From sequence record PV435126.1: 64,000 bases of DNA, one strand, 5' to 3'. Below the pieces are notes generated by a model that saw nothing but the letters and a program-made list of their open reading frames with translations, ran no database searches and was not told the origin of the DNA. This stretch comes from Escherichia phage EPFV3-03/2025. Positions 18,101-28,759 of the stretch are shown piece after piece; position 1 is the stretch's first letter, and each line of letters begins with the position of its first letter. A program made the translations under genes and the position numbers.

Positions 18101-18592
18101 TTAGTCAACCTGAACCCAACCGCCTGCTACCTTTTTAAACATTCTTTGGTTATCGCTGCCTCGGAATGGTTTCTTGGTTGGTAAATCTTTTACATACTTT
18201 CCATCAATGACGATATCAGCCAGTTTAAGAACATCACTAGAGATATGCTCAAATGTGAACCCAGTATACACAAGAATAGTTTTCTTGTCACCAAACTTTT
18301 CCTTAATTCTCCTCATAAGGTCAATAATACCTGGCTCATTATAAGTAGCCAAAGGCTCTCCACCAAGTAAAGAAATACCGCATACAGATTCATTGTCTAA
18401 ATCCAACAAAATTTTCTGCAAATCTTCTTCGGTGAACTCTCTTCCTTTATCTTTTGACCAAAATGCTTGATTAAAGCAACCAGGACAAGCGTGTGGGCAC
18501 CCAGATACCCACAAAGCTGTCCTAATACCTGGTCCCTCGGTGTAAGATATCTCTGTATACCCGACAATATTCATACATACTCCGCATCGCAT
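18101..18592 (-). CDS. nrdG: anaerobic ribonucleotide reductase activating protein
   Basis: 163 aa; radical-SAM-type cysteine cluster GCPHACPGC; directly downstream of nrdD. Confidence 0.8.
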   Translation of the reverse strand: MRCGVCMNIVGYTEISYTEGPGIRTALWVSGCPHACPGCFNQAFWSKDKGREFTEEDLQKILLDLDNESVCGISLLGGEPLATYNEPGIIDLMRRIKEKFGDKKTILVYTGFTFEHISSDVLKLADIVIDGKYVKDLPTKKPFRGSDNQRMFKKVAGGWVQVD

Positions 18593-18750
18593 TTAGGACA
18601 ATGCCAAATAAAATCGTCCAGTGCCTTACACCAACGAAGATTGCAATGACAACCACACTTGCAAATTTTATAAATACCTGTAGACATACTGCACCTCCTA
18701 GTTTACTGTGTAACAACAATATGCCACATCCTTGTGACTTTTGTCAAGTA

Positions 18751-19713
18751 TCAGCAACCACAACTTCCGTAGTGCTTAACCCGTTCTATAACCTCCGCTT
18801 GCTTACCTTTATTGTAAGGACGAGAGTTTGGACTGGACAGATACCCGGATACGCGTCTGATCACACTGATCGTTCCTTCTTCATGGTTTCCACATTCTGG
18901 GCATACAAAGCCTTTAGCTGTTGCACTGAACTCACCAGAGAATCCACACTTAAGACATTTATCCACAGGCTGGTTAATACCAAAATACATAATGTGTTTA
19001 TATCCGAAATCAACAAGAGCTTCCAAAGCATCTAAGTTGTTTTTCAGATTTGGTGTCTCTATGTACCCAATGTTGCCACCAGAGGAGATCATAGCAAAAC
19101 CTTCCTCATACTTCCACTTATCAAAAGGCGAGCTATTGATCCATACTGGCTGATGGAAACTGTTGGTGAGGTATTCATGCTCGTGCTTCAACACTTCTGG
19201 GTATTCACGATCCAGACAGGTTGCAGCTTTATAGCATAAACTCTCAGAAGGTGTGCCGTACAAGCTAAATGCTAGTCCACTTTCCTTCTTGTATCGCTCA
19301 CAAGCATCTTTCATGTGCTGAAGGATTCCAAGAGCTAAAGCCTTGTCACCCTCTCTGCCCAAAATCTGACAGGTTTCATACACACCAATATACCCAATAC
19401 TGATGGAAGCGTACCCGTCATAGAAGAGTTTATCGATACTCTCTTCAGGATCCAGGCGAGCAAGAGCTCCTTCACACCACATGATAGGGTTCTGCCCTGC
19501 CTTTGTTCCTTTTAGACGGTTAACCCTTACAAGGTGAGCCTCATATGCCAAATCCAAATATTCGTCAAGAACTGCAAAGAAATCAACACCTTCCGTTTTA
19601 GCTTTTGCCGCAATCATTGGTAGGTTAAGGCTAACAACACCCAAGTTGAATCTGCCAAGGTATTTCTCCTCGCCTGTTACAGGGTCGCTATATTTCGATA
19701 AGAAACTTCTACA
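18751..19713 (-). CDS. nrdD: anaerobic ribonucleotide reductase, exon 2
   Basis: Begins at CRSFLS; C-terminal glycyl-radical motif RVSGY and cysteine tail CGC. Confidence 0.8.
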   Translation of the reverse strand, partial: CRSFLSKYSDPVTGEEKYLGRFNLGVVSLNLPMIAAKAKTEGVDFFAVLDEYLDLAYEAHLVRVNRLKGTKAGQNPIMWCEGALARLDPEESIDKLFYDGYASISIGYIGVYETCQILGREGDKALALGILQHMKDACERYKKESGLAFSLYGTPSESLCYKAATCLDREYPEVLKHEHEYLTNSFHQPVWINSSPFDKWKYEEGFAMISSGGNIGYIETPNLKNNLDALEALVDFGYKHIMYFGINQPVDKCLKCGFSGEFSATAKGFVCPECGNHEEGTISVIRRVSGYLSSPNSRPYNKGKQAEVIERVKHYGSCGC

Positions 19714-20475
19714 CATTATGTTCAAGGTGGTTCGCAAGGCCACCCCCGCACCTTTACGTGCTGCTGCATGTCCCCATGCAGATCAGACTATATCTTCACA
19801 CTTAGTGTGTCTACCATTTCGAGTGTCATCAGCTTACACCCTACACCGCTACATTCATCACGGTTAGTCGTTAGGCATTTCGTAACAGAACTCGTAATCA
19901 TAGTTATTAGGTGCACCACGTTTCAGGATAGCAGATATTCTTTTTCTATCTATTCCTAAAACATCAGCACAACATCTCAGACTCTTAAAGTGAATAACCA
20001 CACCAGTTAATTTGTGGGTGGCTTTCACCCCGTGACATCTTGTGTAAAAAGCATAACAGTTGTTGTCGTATCCTTCTTGAGTATTGTCTGGGCAAGCTCC
20101 CCACTCAAGGTTGTATACGCTGTTATCTTTCCTGTTGTCACCTTTGTGCTTAACATATGGTAAATTGTCTGGATTTGGTAAAAACGCTTCAGCAACAAGT
20201 CTGTGAACCCTTAGGCAAACAGTCTTTTTGTTCTTGCGTATCCTGACAAGACGGTAACCTGTGTTTATCTCTTCCCACGAATGAATAATTCTTTCATTTT
20301 CGTATCGGGTGCAATAAACATTGCCCATCTCGTCAATTTCATAACCTTCAAAATCACGAATTTGTTTTCTCATTTCAGGACTCCTCTTAGTCAGGAGTTC
20401 TGTTACGTTTAGCACGGGATTGTCCGTTCTGGAGTTTCCCCGTTTAGATAGATTTTACATGAGCAGTTATAGTTT
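19714..20475 (-). mobile_element. candidate group I intron in nrdD carrying an HNH homing endonuclease
   Basis: nrdD reading frame is interrupted; exon 1 ends in U (..atgggt) and the intervening sequence ends in G before tgt(Cys); free-standing HNH ORF inside; same arrangement as the T4 nrdD intron. Confidence 0.6.
19864..20415 (-). CDS. HNH homing endonuclease
   Basis: 183 aa; VHRLVAEAFLPNP...KHKGDNRKDNSVYNLEWG, typical HNH_3-type motif. Confidence 0.8.
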   Translation of the reverse strand: MLNVTELLTKRSPEMRKQIRDFEGYEIDEMGNVYCTRYENERIIHSWEEINTGYRLVRIRKNKKTVCLRVHRLVAEAFLPNPDNLPYVKHKGDNRKDNSVYNLEWGACPDNTQEGYDNNCYAFYTRCHGVKATHKLTGVVIHFKSLRCCADVLGIDRKRISAILKRGAPNNYDYEFCYEMPND

Positions 20476-21636
20476 ACCCATGCTTGTTACTTTGCCGTCT
20501 GTTGAACCTGTCACTTTACGATTCAGCGGAACAGAAACAAAGTCAGGATAAATCCGCTCTGCAGAACATTCTAGAGCCAATCGTTTCAAATCGTAGTTAG
20601 GATCCCCAGGGTTCATGTTGACACCCTCCTCTAAGAAGAACAGCACTTTAGGGAACACAGGTGTGATCCGTTCTTCACCAAGACCCATTTTGTGAACTTT
20701 CAAGTAGTTTTTGGTAATCATTCTACCAAAGACCGAGGTATCTAGCCCTAAACTTAATGTGATGAATGGAGTTTGCCCGTTGACAGAAGTTAACGTATTG
20801 ATTTGGTAGAGCAAAGTTTGCATACTATCAAACACGTCTTTATCTGTCATTTGCATTGCAACAGTCTCAGCATCTGGCAACCAATGTTCCTGACAAAATT
20901 TAAGGTTCTTCTCGTAGGTTGCTTCAGCATACTGTGCCAGATAATGATCAATATGGCTCATGGTCTGACCACCATATTGAGCACTAGCTACTGCACTAGA
21001 GATTTGGCTAAGGATTGTTGTTGCAACCCCTATTGACTTCGGCTTACTGACATGGGCGTTGCCAATGTTGAATCCGTTTTCCAGCATATCCGGATAATTT
21101 ACCAAACAACAGTTTGTTAACGGACTGATCAGGTAGTCAAGATCATGCACATGGATGAAGCCTTTGTTGTGCTCTTCGGAGACACGGTCTGGCAGGATCT
21201 GTGTTGATGCAAGATGTTTGCTAAGGATTCCTGCAAGCAGGTCACGATGAGTGTGTACATGATTAGTAGGCTTATTTGCGTTTTCTTTTGTAAATTCATC
21301 ACAAGTACGATCCAAGAAGCCGCTAATATCTGCAAGCAGTTTTCCACCTGCCTCTCTGTTATTATCCCTTGTCTGTCTATACTGGATGTATTCTCTGGCT
21401 GCACATTTTAAACCCATATCCATAAGAGCATCTTCAACAAGGATATGGATATTTTTTACAGAGATCGTGCACTGGTCAGTTGGCAGATTGTTGGCAACAA
21501 CTTCATTAACCGCACAGGCAATCCGGTAAGCTTCTTCTTCAGTATGTCCAGACTCAAGTAAGGCGGACTCTGCCGCCTTGATCACCTTAATTCCGTTATA
21601 AAACTCTTCTCTACCGTCCCGTTTTACAACTTTCAC
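20476..21636 (-). CDS. nrdD: anaerobic ribonucleotide reductase, exon 1
   Basis: N-terminal ATP-cone-like start MKVVKRDGREEFYNGIKV and GFIHVHDLD region; ends ..VTSMG. Confidence 0.8.
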
Positions 21637-21911
21637 TTTTTCTCTCCAAAACCATTCTTAACAAAAGAGATGAAATCGTCAGCACCACCTATGTGGATAC
21701 TGTCAAGGTTGCTTTCCAAGAAGATCTGAGGCAACGTTCTGGGAACAAATGGGCTACACTTCTCGATAAGCTCTTCTTTTGTGTATCCTTCACCTAGCGT
21801 CTTGTATACGAAAGGTATGCCTTTACTGACTGCAAATTCTTTTGCTCTTACACAATGTGGGCAGTTATCCTTACCGTAAATGATGATGAAAAAAGATTTT
21901 TCGCAGCTCAT
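21633..21911 (-). CDS. glutaredoxin-like protein
   Basis: 92 aa with CPHC redox motif (YGKDNCPHCVRAK); adjacent to nrdB. Confidence 0.7.
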   Translation of the reverse strand: MSCEKSFFIIIYGKDNCPHCVRAKEFAVSKGIPFVYKTLGEGYTKEELIEKCSPFVPRTLPQIFLESNLDSIHIGGADDFISFVKNGFGEKK

Positions 21912-21914
21912 ATA

Positions 21915-23003
21915 TTAAAACTCCCAAATTTCTTCTTCAGCGTCGTTAACAGTTGTGTTGACGCGGTAGTCAGTGTTCGACATTTCTTGGTTCGCCGTCT
22001 GTTGCAATGAAGGTTTCATCCACACCTGCATAAACGGTAGCGGGTCCTTTGTTGGCGGCACAAAGTCTTTGTCGATGTCGTAATAATCATAAATCGGTGA
22101 GCAGTTATAGTCAACCCATTCTTTAAGCAACGGTGAATTAAGACCTATAATCGCTCTTCCTTCGCTGAAAATATAGTCACTCCAACCGTACTCCTTGGTC
22201 CGCACTTCGTCAAGAATTTCTTTTAACTCACCCTTAATCTCAAGAAAGCTTTGCTCCCATGCAGGATCATCAAGCAGGATATCGATGATAGCAAAATCAC
22301 CTTTCGAATGCAGCATTTCATCAAGCATAATTTTTTGAACAAGTTGTGCCACTTGAACAAAAATACCTTGCTCAGCTACTGCGAACGTACATGCAAAACT
22401 TGCAATAAACTCAATACTTTCTAGAGCTAAAAGTGCAAAAAGTGCTCTAAGGATACATTTCCGTACAACATCTTCTTCAACACTGGAAGGATCCAGTCGG
22501 TATTTTGCACCAATAACCTCAAGCTCTTGCATATATTTGACAATAACTCCAGATCTGCTCAGCACGTTCTGGTTTTCCTGAATCTCTTCTATAATCTCGC
22601 GAGCATTAGGAAGGCATTGTCTAACAATCTCTGAGTAAGTTAGTGCATGAAGAACCTCAATCTCAGACTGCTTCATCAACAAGGTGAAAAGCTCACTGTT
22701 GGTGATAAATGGTGAAAACAGACAAATGATAGATCTTGCTGCAACACTGTCTGCCTCCCATTGCCACATCAGTGTCTGCACCATCACATCGTAAGTTGAC
22801 TTTGAGCATGTTACGAAATCAGAAATAGACTGTGACAAATCTACTTCGTCCTCTGCCCAATCTTGTTCTTTTTGTTTTTTGTATAGTTCAAACAGCTGTG
22901 GATACTTTTTGTTAATAGAGTCGTACATCCCCATCTGCTGTCCTAGAAACAGCGGATAATCACCAGTTTTATGAGCAGTGTTCTCAGTATTAAATACGGA
23001 CAT
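21915..23003 (-). CDS. nrdB: ribonucleotide reductase small subunit
   Basis: 362 aa, ferritin-like di-iron protein directly downstream of nrdA. Confidence 0.85.
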   Translation of the reverse strand: MSVFNTENTAHKTGDYPLFLGQQMGMYDSINKKYPQLFELYKKQKEQDWAEDEVDLSQSISDFVTCSKSTYDVMVQTLMWQWEADSVAARSIICLFSPFITNSELFTLLMKQSEIEVLHALTYSEIVRQCLPNAREIIEEIQENQNVLSRSGVIVKYMQELEVIGAKYRLDPSSVEEDVVRKCILRALFALLALESIEFIASFACTFAVAEQGIFVQVAQLVQKIMLDEMLHSKGDFAIIDILLDDPAWEQSFLEIKGELKEILDEVRTKEYGWSDYIFSEGRAIIGLNSPLLKEWVDYNCSPIYDYYDIDKDFVPPTKDPLPFMQVWMKPSLQQTANQEMSNTDYRVNTTVNDAEEEIWEF

Positions 23004-23013
23004 TATTCTACCT

Positions 23014-23036
23014 CTAAAATGGGGCCGAAGCCCCTT
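23014..23036 (-). terminator. intergenic hairpin (attenuator or terminator)
   Basis: ggggc-cgaa-gcccc hairpin flanked by A/T runs between nrdA and nrdB. Confidence 0.4.
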
Positions 23037-23041
23037 TTAAA

Positions 23042-25357
23042 TTACAGTGCACAACTTTCGCAATACGGATCTTCAACTGAACTATCTGCAATCAAAGGAT
23101 AGTTCTTTCTTGTTTCATCTTCAGCCTGTTTCTTCGCGTGAAGCTCCTCTGTCAAAGAGTCACCAGCACCAACCCTAGAGTTTAAGTAATACCATGTCTT
23201 CATCCCGAATTTAGTAGCACGGATAAGATACCCAAGCTGCTCCTTCATTGAAATTTTACCATCTTTCAACTTGGTGTAATCAATATATAGGTCAGCACTG
23301 ATTGCCTGTCCTGTGAATTTTTGAATCACAGCATACATATCAATCATGTCGTTAGTATCAACGTCCCAAGCCGAGGTATAATACTCTTTCAGTTCATCAT
23401 ATTCAGGAACGATAAACAGCACCTGTCCTTGTGGCGACTTTTTAAAGATAATGTGCTCACGGACAGGATAAACCCCGTTAGTTGTGTTTGTTGCCAACGA
23501 GGAGCTTTCATTAGGCATATATGCTTCAAGAACGCTATTACGTAGTCCACCGTTTTCAATAATTTCTTTACGTAACCCTTCCCAATCCTGCTTAAGAGAA
23601 GGATCTTTCACCACACTATCGACCTCTTTGTTATAAGTGTCGATTGGTAACCAACCCTCTGGGTATTTTGTTTTATGCATCCACTCGCAGACACCACGCT
23701 CTTTTGCCAATCGTAAACTTGCCTTATGCAAGCTGTAGCTGTGAAGCTCTGCAAGATCGTGAACAAGCTGTTTACTTTCAGGAGACCCGTAAGCAACCTT
23801 GTGGCTGGCAATAAAATGTGCAATATTGGTAAGGCCAACCCCGATGGATCTGCGTTTTTTAACAGTGCTCTCCATATTTTCATACGGATATGTCATGATT
23901 TCCATAACATTGTCAATCATAAGCACAGTGTAGTATGCAACATCCTCATACTCCTCTGGGGTAACCCTTCCAGCTACAAGGGATGATAGGAAGCACAATG
24001 CAACCTCACCATCATCAGCATCGTACTTGAAGATATTACGCATATCTGAATAGCCTTTTGTCGGAAGGGCTATCTCTGCACACAGATTACTTGAATAGAT
24101 TACATCTTTAAAAGGTGTATGCCTATTCATCTCATCTGTCCAGTACACATACAGCCTGCCTACCTCGGTACGCTGCGTGATCAGTTCAACAGCAAGGTCT
24201 CTAGCACGGATCCATGTTTTAGGAATGCTGTCATCTTTAGCGATACGATCAACCTCTGCATCAAACTCCTCCATAGACATGGTGAAGATACCCTCGTGCA
24301 GTTGAGGTGCGTGCTTATAAGAAACAAGCATCCAATCTAAATTCTTAGCCACACGGTTGATAAATGATCTATTAATACCTATAGAGTAGTCCATAGTGTT
24401 GATTCTTTTTGAAGCAACAGTCATAGGGTTTCTCAAACGGATCAGTTCATCAATCTGTGGATCTAGCGCAAGGAATGATACCGTTGCCGAACCTCCACGT
24501 GATTGTTGTCTATTCTCCTTAACCCCAGCATCAATACCTCGATAATATGGAAGCTTGCCCATATGTTTAATAGTGTTACCACGAACACCATCACCTGCAG
24601 ATCTTGATGATAGATAGTAGCCAATACCTGCTTGGTTAACCGTCATTGTGTACGCAACTTCACGTGCCACACCAATAGATTTTGCTGTATCGTCAGCTTT
24701 TATTACGCAACAAGATGCATACCCTGTCTTACCTGTGCGTAGACCGTTTAAGTACGGTGTCGGGGCATTAATCTTCAAGTCCGACAGATAAGTGTATAAT
24801 TTTACAACATCGTTGATACGACGTTCTTTCGGCATATTCTTCATGACAGCCATTGCTATCCCCATAAACATCATCTGGGGAGATTCAAACAGGGTGTCTT
24901 TAAGAGTATCCTTGATCCCGTATTTGTCGCGAAACTGTTTAAGGACTGCATAGCCATAACCGAGATCTTTACTGTGATCAACAACAGCGTCTAAAGTGTT
25001 TAACTCGGTAAAGCTATAACCCATATCCTCCCAATACCCTTTATCAACCATGGTATTGTAAAATGAGGGTAAGGAAGGGATCTTTGTAAATCCTCCAAAA
25101 GCCTCTTTATAAATCTGACCGATAAGAACACGACCAGCCATACGAGAATGAGCTTCGTCTTTACGGCTAACACAGGAGTCTATGATAGCTTGGTTAACTT
25201 CTTTGGTTGTACACCCATCATACAGCCGTTTGTATGCATCAAGTGCAATATGTGACCAATTGCCGTTACCGTCGTCACCGAAAATAGCTGCCTTATTTAA
25301 ACGTTCTGGGTCGAATGCCACTTCACATCCGTTGCTTTTAATTACCTTGGTGATCAA
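23042..25357 (-). CDS. nrdA: ribonucleotide reductase large subunit (class Ia)
   Basis: 771 aa; N-terminal ATP cone, C-terminal CESCAL tail. Confidence 0.9.
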   Translation of the reverse strand: MITKVIKSNGCEVAFDPERLNKAAIFGDDGNGNWSHIALDAYKRLYDGCTTKEVNQAIIDSCVSRKDEAHSRMAGRVLIGQIYKEAFGGFTKIPSLPSFYNTMVDKGYWEDMGYSFTELNTLDAVVDHSKDLGYGYAVLKQFRDKYGIKDTLKDTLFESPQMMFMGIAMAVMKNMPKERRINDVVKLYTYLSDLKINAPTPYLNGLRTGKTGYASCCVIKADDTAKSIGVAREVAYTMTVNQAGIGYYLSSRSAGDGVRGNTIKHMGKLPYYRGIDAGVKENRQQSRGGSATVSFLALDPQIDELIRLRNPMTVASKRINTMDYSIGINRSFINRVAKNLDWMLVSYKHAPQLHEGIFTMSMEEFDAEVDRIAKDDSIPKTWIRARDLAVELITQRTEVGRLYVYWTDEMNRHTPFKDVIYSSNLCAEIALPTKGYSDMRNIFKYDADDGEVALCFLSSLVAGRVTPEEYEDVAYYTVLMIDNVMEIMTYPYENMESTVKKRRSIGVGLTNIAHFIASHKVAYGSPESKQLVHDLAELHSYSLHKASLRLAKERGVCEWMHKTKYPEGWLPIDTYNKEVDSVVKDPSLKQDWEGLRKEIIENGGLRNSVLEAYMPNESSSLATNTTNGVYPVREHIIFKKSPQGQVLFIVPEYDELKEYYTSAWDVDTNDMIDMYAVIQKFTGQAISADLYIDYTKLKDGKISMKEQLGYLIRATKFGMKTWYYLNSRVGAGDSLTEELHAKKQAEDETRKNYPLIADSSVEDPYCESCAL

Positions 25358-25584
25358 TTTGCTTCCTCCACTTCATCAACGTATTTATCAAGGCAGGTAT
25401 CAGTATCTTGTTGGATAAAGGTATCCTCTTCTACAGAGATATTTATAATTTTACCTGTATATTCATCATAATAAACATCATCATACATTTTAATATCGTT
25501 TGTCAGACCGTTGAACCAAAGCCAACCAACATACTCTGCCCGACTTGCAAAACCAAGATCCTTCCACTTGGAGTTATGACTCAT
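25354..25584 (-). CDS. hypothetical protein
   Basis: ORF 25354..25662 trimmed to internal start MSHNSK, which has an aaggtgg RBS. Confidence 0.45.
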   Translation of the reverse strand: MSHNSKWKDLGFASRAEYVGWLWFNGLTNDIKMYDDVYYDEYTGKIINISVEEDTFIQQDTDTCLDKYVDEVEEAN

Positions 25585-25594
25585 CTTCACCACC

Positions 25595-26095
25595 TTAGCT
25601 TTCAATACCGAATAATTTTTCCAGGCGATGCAGATCTTCAAAATTGAAAGGTTCATCAACAATATGAATATCTTCAGCCTTTTCAGATTGTTTTGTATAC
25701 TTTCTCACATTAACACGATCTTCTACTGGGATATCATACGGAAGATCTTGAACAAGCATTGCCTCACCGGGTGCTTTATCTACATCTAAAATATCTACAC
25801 CGTTATACATCTGCGGGTATCTAAAGTCTGCACGCATGACACCAGCAAATACATCTGCCTTTCGATAATGGGTTGGCTTATTTTTGCATCTAACGTTTTT
25901 TCCACGAAGAACATCAATATTTTTTAAATCAAACCCTACGGCGAAGAGTGCAGCTCGGAGACCGTTTCGTGTGCGAACGTTAAATCCGGGAACAGTAGAT
26001 AGGAAATCTAAAGTAACTGAAATAAATGTCTTTTTAGGAATCATAACATTACTCATATCTGTCTCCATTTCTGGCTCACCAACAAAGTGAGCCAT
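25595..26095 (-). CDS. hypothetical protein
   Basis: 166-aa ORF; TTGACT-N17-TATAAT promoter-like motif upstream. Confidence 0.5.
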   Translation of the reverse strand: MAHFVGEPEMETDMSNVMIPKKTFISVTLDFLSTVPGFNVRTRNGLRAALFAVGFDLKNIDVLRGKNVRCKNKPTHYRKADVFAGVMRADFRYPQMYNGVDILDVDKAPGEAMLVQDLPYDIPVEDRVNVRKYTKQSEKAEDIHIVDEPFNFEDLHRLEKLFGIES

Positions 26096-26154
26096 TATTA
26101 TAGATTATCTGATGCTATTAGTCAACACAAAAGTTACCTATCGCTGTGATAGGA

Positions 26155-27138
26155 TTAACCTTTCATGAAGTGGTTATTAAGCAGCTGTCTGTGCTGAACC
26201 CACCCACAAAAGTTGGCAGACCAGAATTTACCATCACGGTCTTGATGGGTTACACCTTCCTGCCAAACACAGCTGTCCTGTGTGATTTCACATGAAGACA
26301 GGTAGTAGTTTAAACGTTCCATTGCGTTATCGTGATCCATAGGTGTTGCCTGATGCTCGTAAGGGCTTGCATGAATACGATCCCCACCGATCAATTTTTT
26401 AGCCACACTGTCTGCCTTTTCAAACGTGCTGTCAATATTGCGATAAGATACTTGTGCACAGCAACTAGCACTAATAGACAGAGCTTCTCCAGTGTCGAGA
26501 ATACATAGCTTCCCTTCTGTGTCACGTACAGCATAGTTAAACTCACCGTCCAAATAAACGTGCTCCACATATGGGGTGTGCCATTGACCCGGTTTAAGGA
26601 TTTCAGGAGTGCTATTTACAAGAGCCTCCCACATACAATTAGCCAACATCTGAATCGTAGGATCCGCATCGTGCCAGCAACGGAGGTGGAAAAAATTATT
26701 CCACTCGGTGCTTGTTACAACTGTTTTCATGCGTTGAAACGGCTCTACTAGGCGGTTACATACTTGCTTATGGTAACCAGCAAGGGCGAACTTCTCTGCA
26801 TGCCAAGCGGCGTTTTTTGCAGCTTCTTTCCAAAACTCTTCAGGGGTTAGCTCCATGTCAGTGTATTCTACACGGATCTTTTGATCGTGTTCCCCTCCAT
26901 CTTCCATTCCTCGCTTATTTACACCGAAGCGAACTGGCATTGCCGGATTCTCCACAATCTGCTGCAGCATCTTGCTGACAGGCACTGCACGAGAAGACAT
27001 AGCGTTTCGGCTGAACATTCGATGTGTCATAAGCTCTGAGTGAATAATTCGAGGATATTCTAGCTCAAAAGTGGTGATACGCTTACCTTTCTCTGAAATG
27101 CTGTCGGCAATAATCTTTGCAGTGCACAGTTTTAGCAT
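26155..27138 (-). CDS. thyX: flavin-dependent thymidylate synthase
   Basis: 327 aa; ThyX signature region RIIHSELMTHRMFSRNAMSSRA. Confidence 0.8.
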   Translation of the reverse strand: MLKLCTAKIIADSISEKGKRITTFELEYPRIIHSELMTHRMFSRNAMSSRAVPVSKMLQQIVENPAMPVRFGVNKRGMEDGGEHDQKIRVEYTDMELTPEEFWKEAAKNAAWHAEKFALAGYHKQVCNRLVEPFQRMKTVVTSTEWNNFFHLRCWHDADPTIQMLANCMWEALVNSTPEILKPGQWHTPYVEHVYLDGEFNYAVRDTEGKLCILDTGEALSISASCCAQVSYRNIDSTFEKADSVAKKLIGGDRIHASPYEHQATPMDHDNAMERLNYYLSSCEITQDSCVWQEGVTHQDRDGKFWSANFCGWVQHRQLLNNHFMKG

Positions 27139-27338
27139 TATTTAGCTCTCCTTGTTTTAATTTTGGAAATTTCGTCTGGGTTTATGTTGGCCTTAAATGC
27201 GAGGTATCTGTTAAACATATCGGAGCACATATCTTGGGTGATCCTAGAGGCATACACCAGCTTACCGCCCAGATCATACACCTCTAGCCAGTCACCGTAT
27301 CTGACTACAGGATCGCCACCTTTAGAACATCTGCCCAT
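27138..27338 (-). CDS. hypothetical protein
   Basis: 66-aa ORF. Confidence 0.4.
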   Translation of the reverse strand: MGRCSKGGDPVVRYGDWLEVYDLGGKLVYASRITQDMCSDMFNRYLAFKANINPDEISKIKTRRAK

Positions 27339-27339
27339 T

Positions 27340-27933
27340 TCAAATACCTTCTAAAAACTTCCCTATTTTATACCAGCTGTTAGCGGTATAGTCAACACTA
27401 ACCTTCAACTCCTCGAATTGCTCATAAGGAGTGTCTTTTAAGATTTTAATAACTTCAGGACGTGAAGCGAATTGGTTCAGGTATTCATGCCTGTCGTCAA
27501 TTATAACATCTACAGCCACATTACCTTTGAAATGTGTGGCGTAGAAGCCGTGACCCTGGGTGTGATCGTCCAGATCCATAAAATCGCTGGTCCAACGCTT
27601 TAAGAACCTTGATTTAGATGCAAGGTGACCTTTCTTACATACAGAGATAAATGCAAGCTTGTGACCACGAGCCACCAAATCTTTCATAACCTCAATAGCC
27701 CCCTCTTCAGGCTTAAGAAAGTCGTAGAGGAACGGGTCACTCCAGAAATCAAAAGGCCCTATGATGTTTTCTTTGGGGCGATCAGGCCAATACTTTGACA
27801 GATCGTAATACATCAGTCCGTTAGAAGGTTTAGCGACTGTCTTGCTGGCTGGACCATATAAACGCTCTAGCCACTCCCACCATGCTGTTCCTGAGTCTAC
27901 CAGTGTTAAATCTACATCAATTCCGATCAGCAT
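27340..27933 (-). CDS. HAD-family 5'(3')-deoxyribonucleotidase-like phosphatase
   Basis: 197 aa; N-terminal DxDxT motif (IGIDVDLTLVD) and later IIDD. Confidence 0.65.
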   Translation of the reverse strand: MLIGIDVDLTLVDSGTAWWEWLERLYGPASKTVAKPSNGLMYYDLSKYWPDRPKENIIGPFDFWSDPFLYDFLKPEEGAIEVMKDLVARGHKLAFISVCKKGHLASKSRFLKRWTSDFMDLDDHTQGHGFYATHFKGNVAVDVIIDDRHEYLNQFASRPEVIKILKDTPYEQFEELKVSVDYTANSWYKIGKFLEGI

Positions 27934-27938
27934 TGTTC

Positions 27939-28541
27939 TCAGCCCTCTTTAGCATCAATATACTTGCACACAATCTCAGATGCGCACTCCCAAGGAGCTC
28001 CCTCAGGGTTAATAACATCAAACTCGATACCTTTTATCCCGTTCTTCTCTAGGCTAAGGTAAGTTCTGGAATCATTTCCCCAATCATATCCTGCACGGTG
28101 GATACGGAACAGTAGAAGATCGCCACCTGTGCTGTATGCGTACTCGCCAAGGCATGCCAGCTCCTCTTTGAAGCCACCATCGGAGTAAACAACAACCCCT
28201 TTACCTTCAGGGAAATCTTTCTTCAAGGATGCGACTGCGGCCTTACCGAAAGCATCTTCACCAAAGATAGGTTTAATCAGATTTTCACTACAATGGATCA
28301 TCCATTCTCGCGGAGAAACATGCTTGCCGTCTATAATTAAGAACGGGCACGGTTCTTCTTTGTAGCGGCGATCATAAAGTGCATTCCACAACTGTGGTGA
28401 AATACCAGCTGCCTTAATTGCCACACTGAATAGCATTTCCTTTACCTCGCGGTGATGCGAGTTTGGAATGGCTTCCAACAAAAGATCTGCGATATGGTCT
28501 TTTCCAGAACTTGGTGGAGCATTAAGAACAATAATATCCAT
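27939..28541 (-). CDS. P-loop kinase, possible dNMP kinase
   Basis: 200 aa; P-loop LNAPPSSGKD near the N-terminus; sits among nucleotide metabolism genes. Confidence 0.5.
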   Translation of the reverse strand: MDIIVLNAPPSSGKDHIADLLLEAIPNSHHREVKEMLFSVAIKAAGISPQLWNALYDRRYKEEPCPFLIIDGKHVSPREWMIHCSENLIKPIFGEDAFGKAAVASLKKDFPEGKGVVVYSDGGFKEELACLGEYAYSTGGDLLLFRIHRAGYDWGNDSRTYLSLEKNGIKGIEFDVINPEGAPWECASEIVCKYIDAKEG

Positions 28542-28744
28542 TAAAAACCTCCGTGGTATTCTTCAACTGCATCAATAATACTTTTACACTTATCTACCAG
28601 CTCGTTAGCTACTACAGCATCGTCTTCCCAAACAGCCTCCTCAATCTGATCAAGCAATGATCGCATCTTATTCATCATTTCTGGGATAAAGCTTTCTGAA
28701 AAGCTGTCTGGAATTGTTAACTCTGGTGTCATTGCGGTCTCCAA
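28541..28744 (-). CDS. hypothetical acidic protein
   Basis: 67-aa ORF. Confidence 0.4.
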   Translation of the reverse strand: METAMTPELTIPDSFSESFIPEMMNKMRSLLDQIEEAVWEDDAVVANELVDKCKSIIDAVEEYHGGF

Positions 28745-28759
28745 TCATACTGTGCGTTA

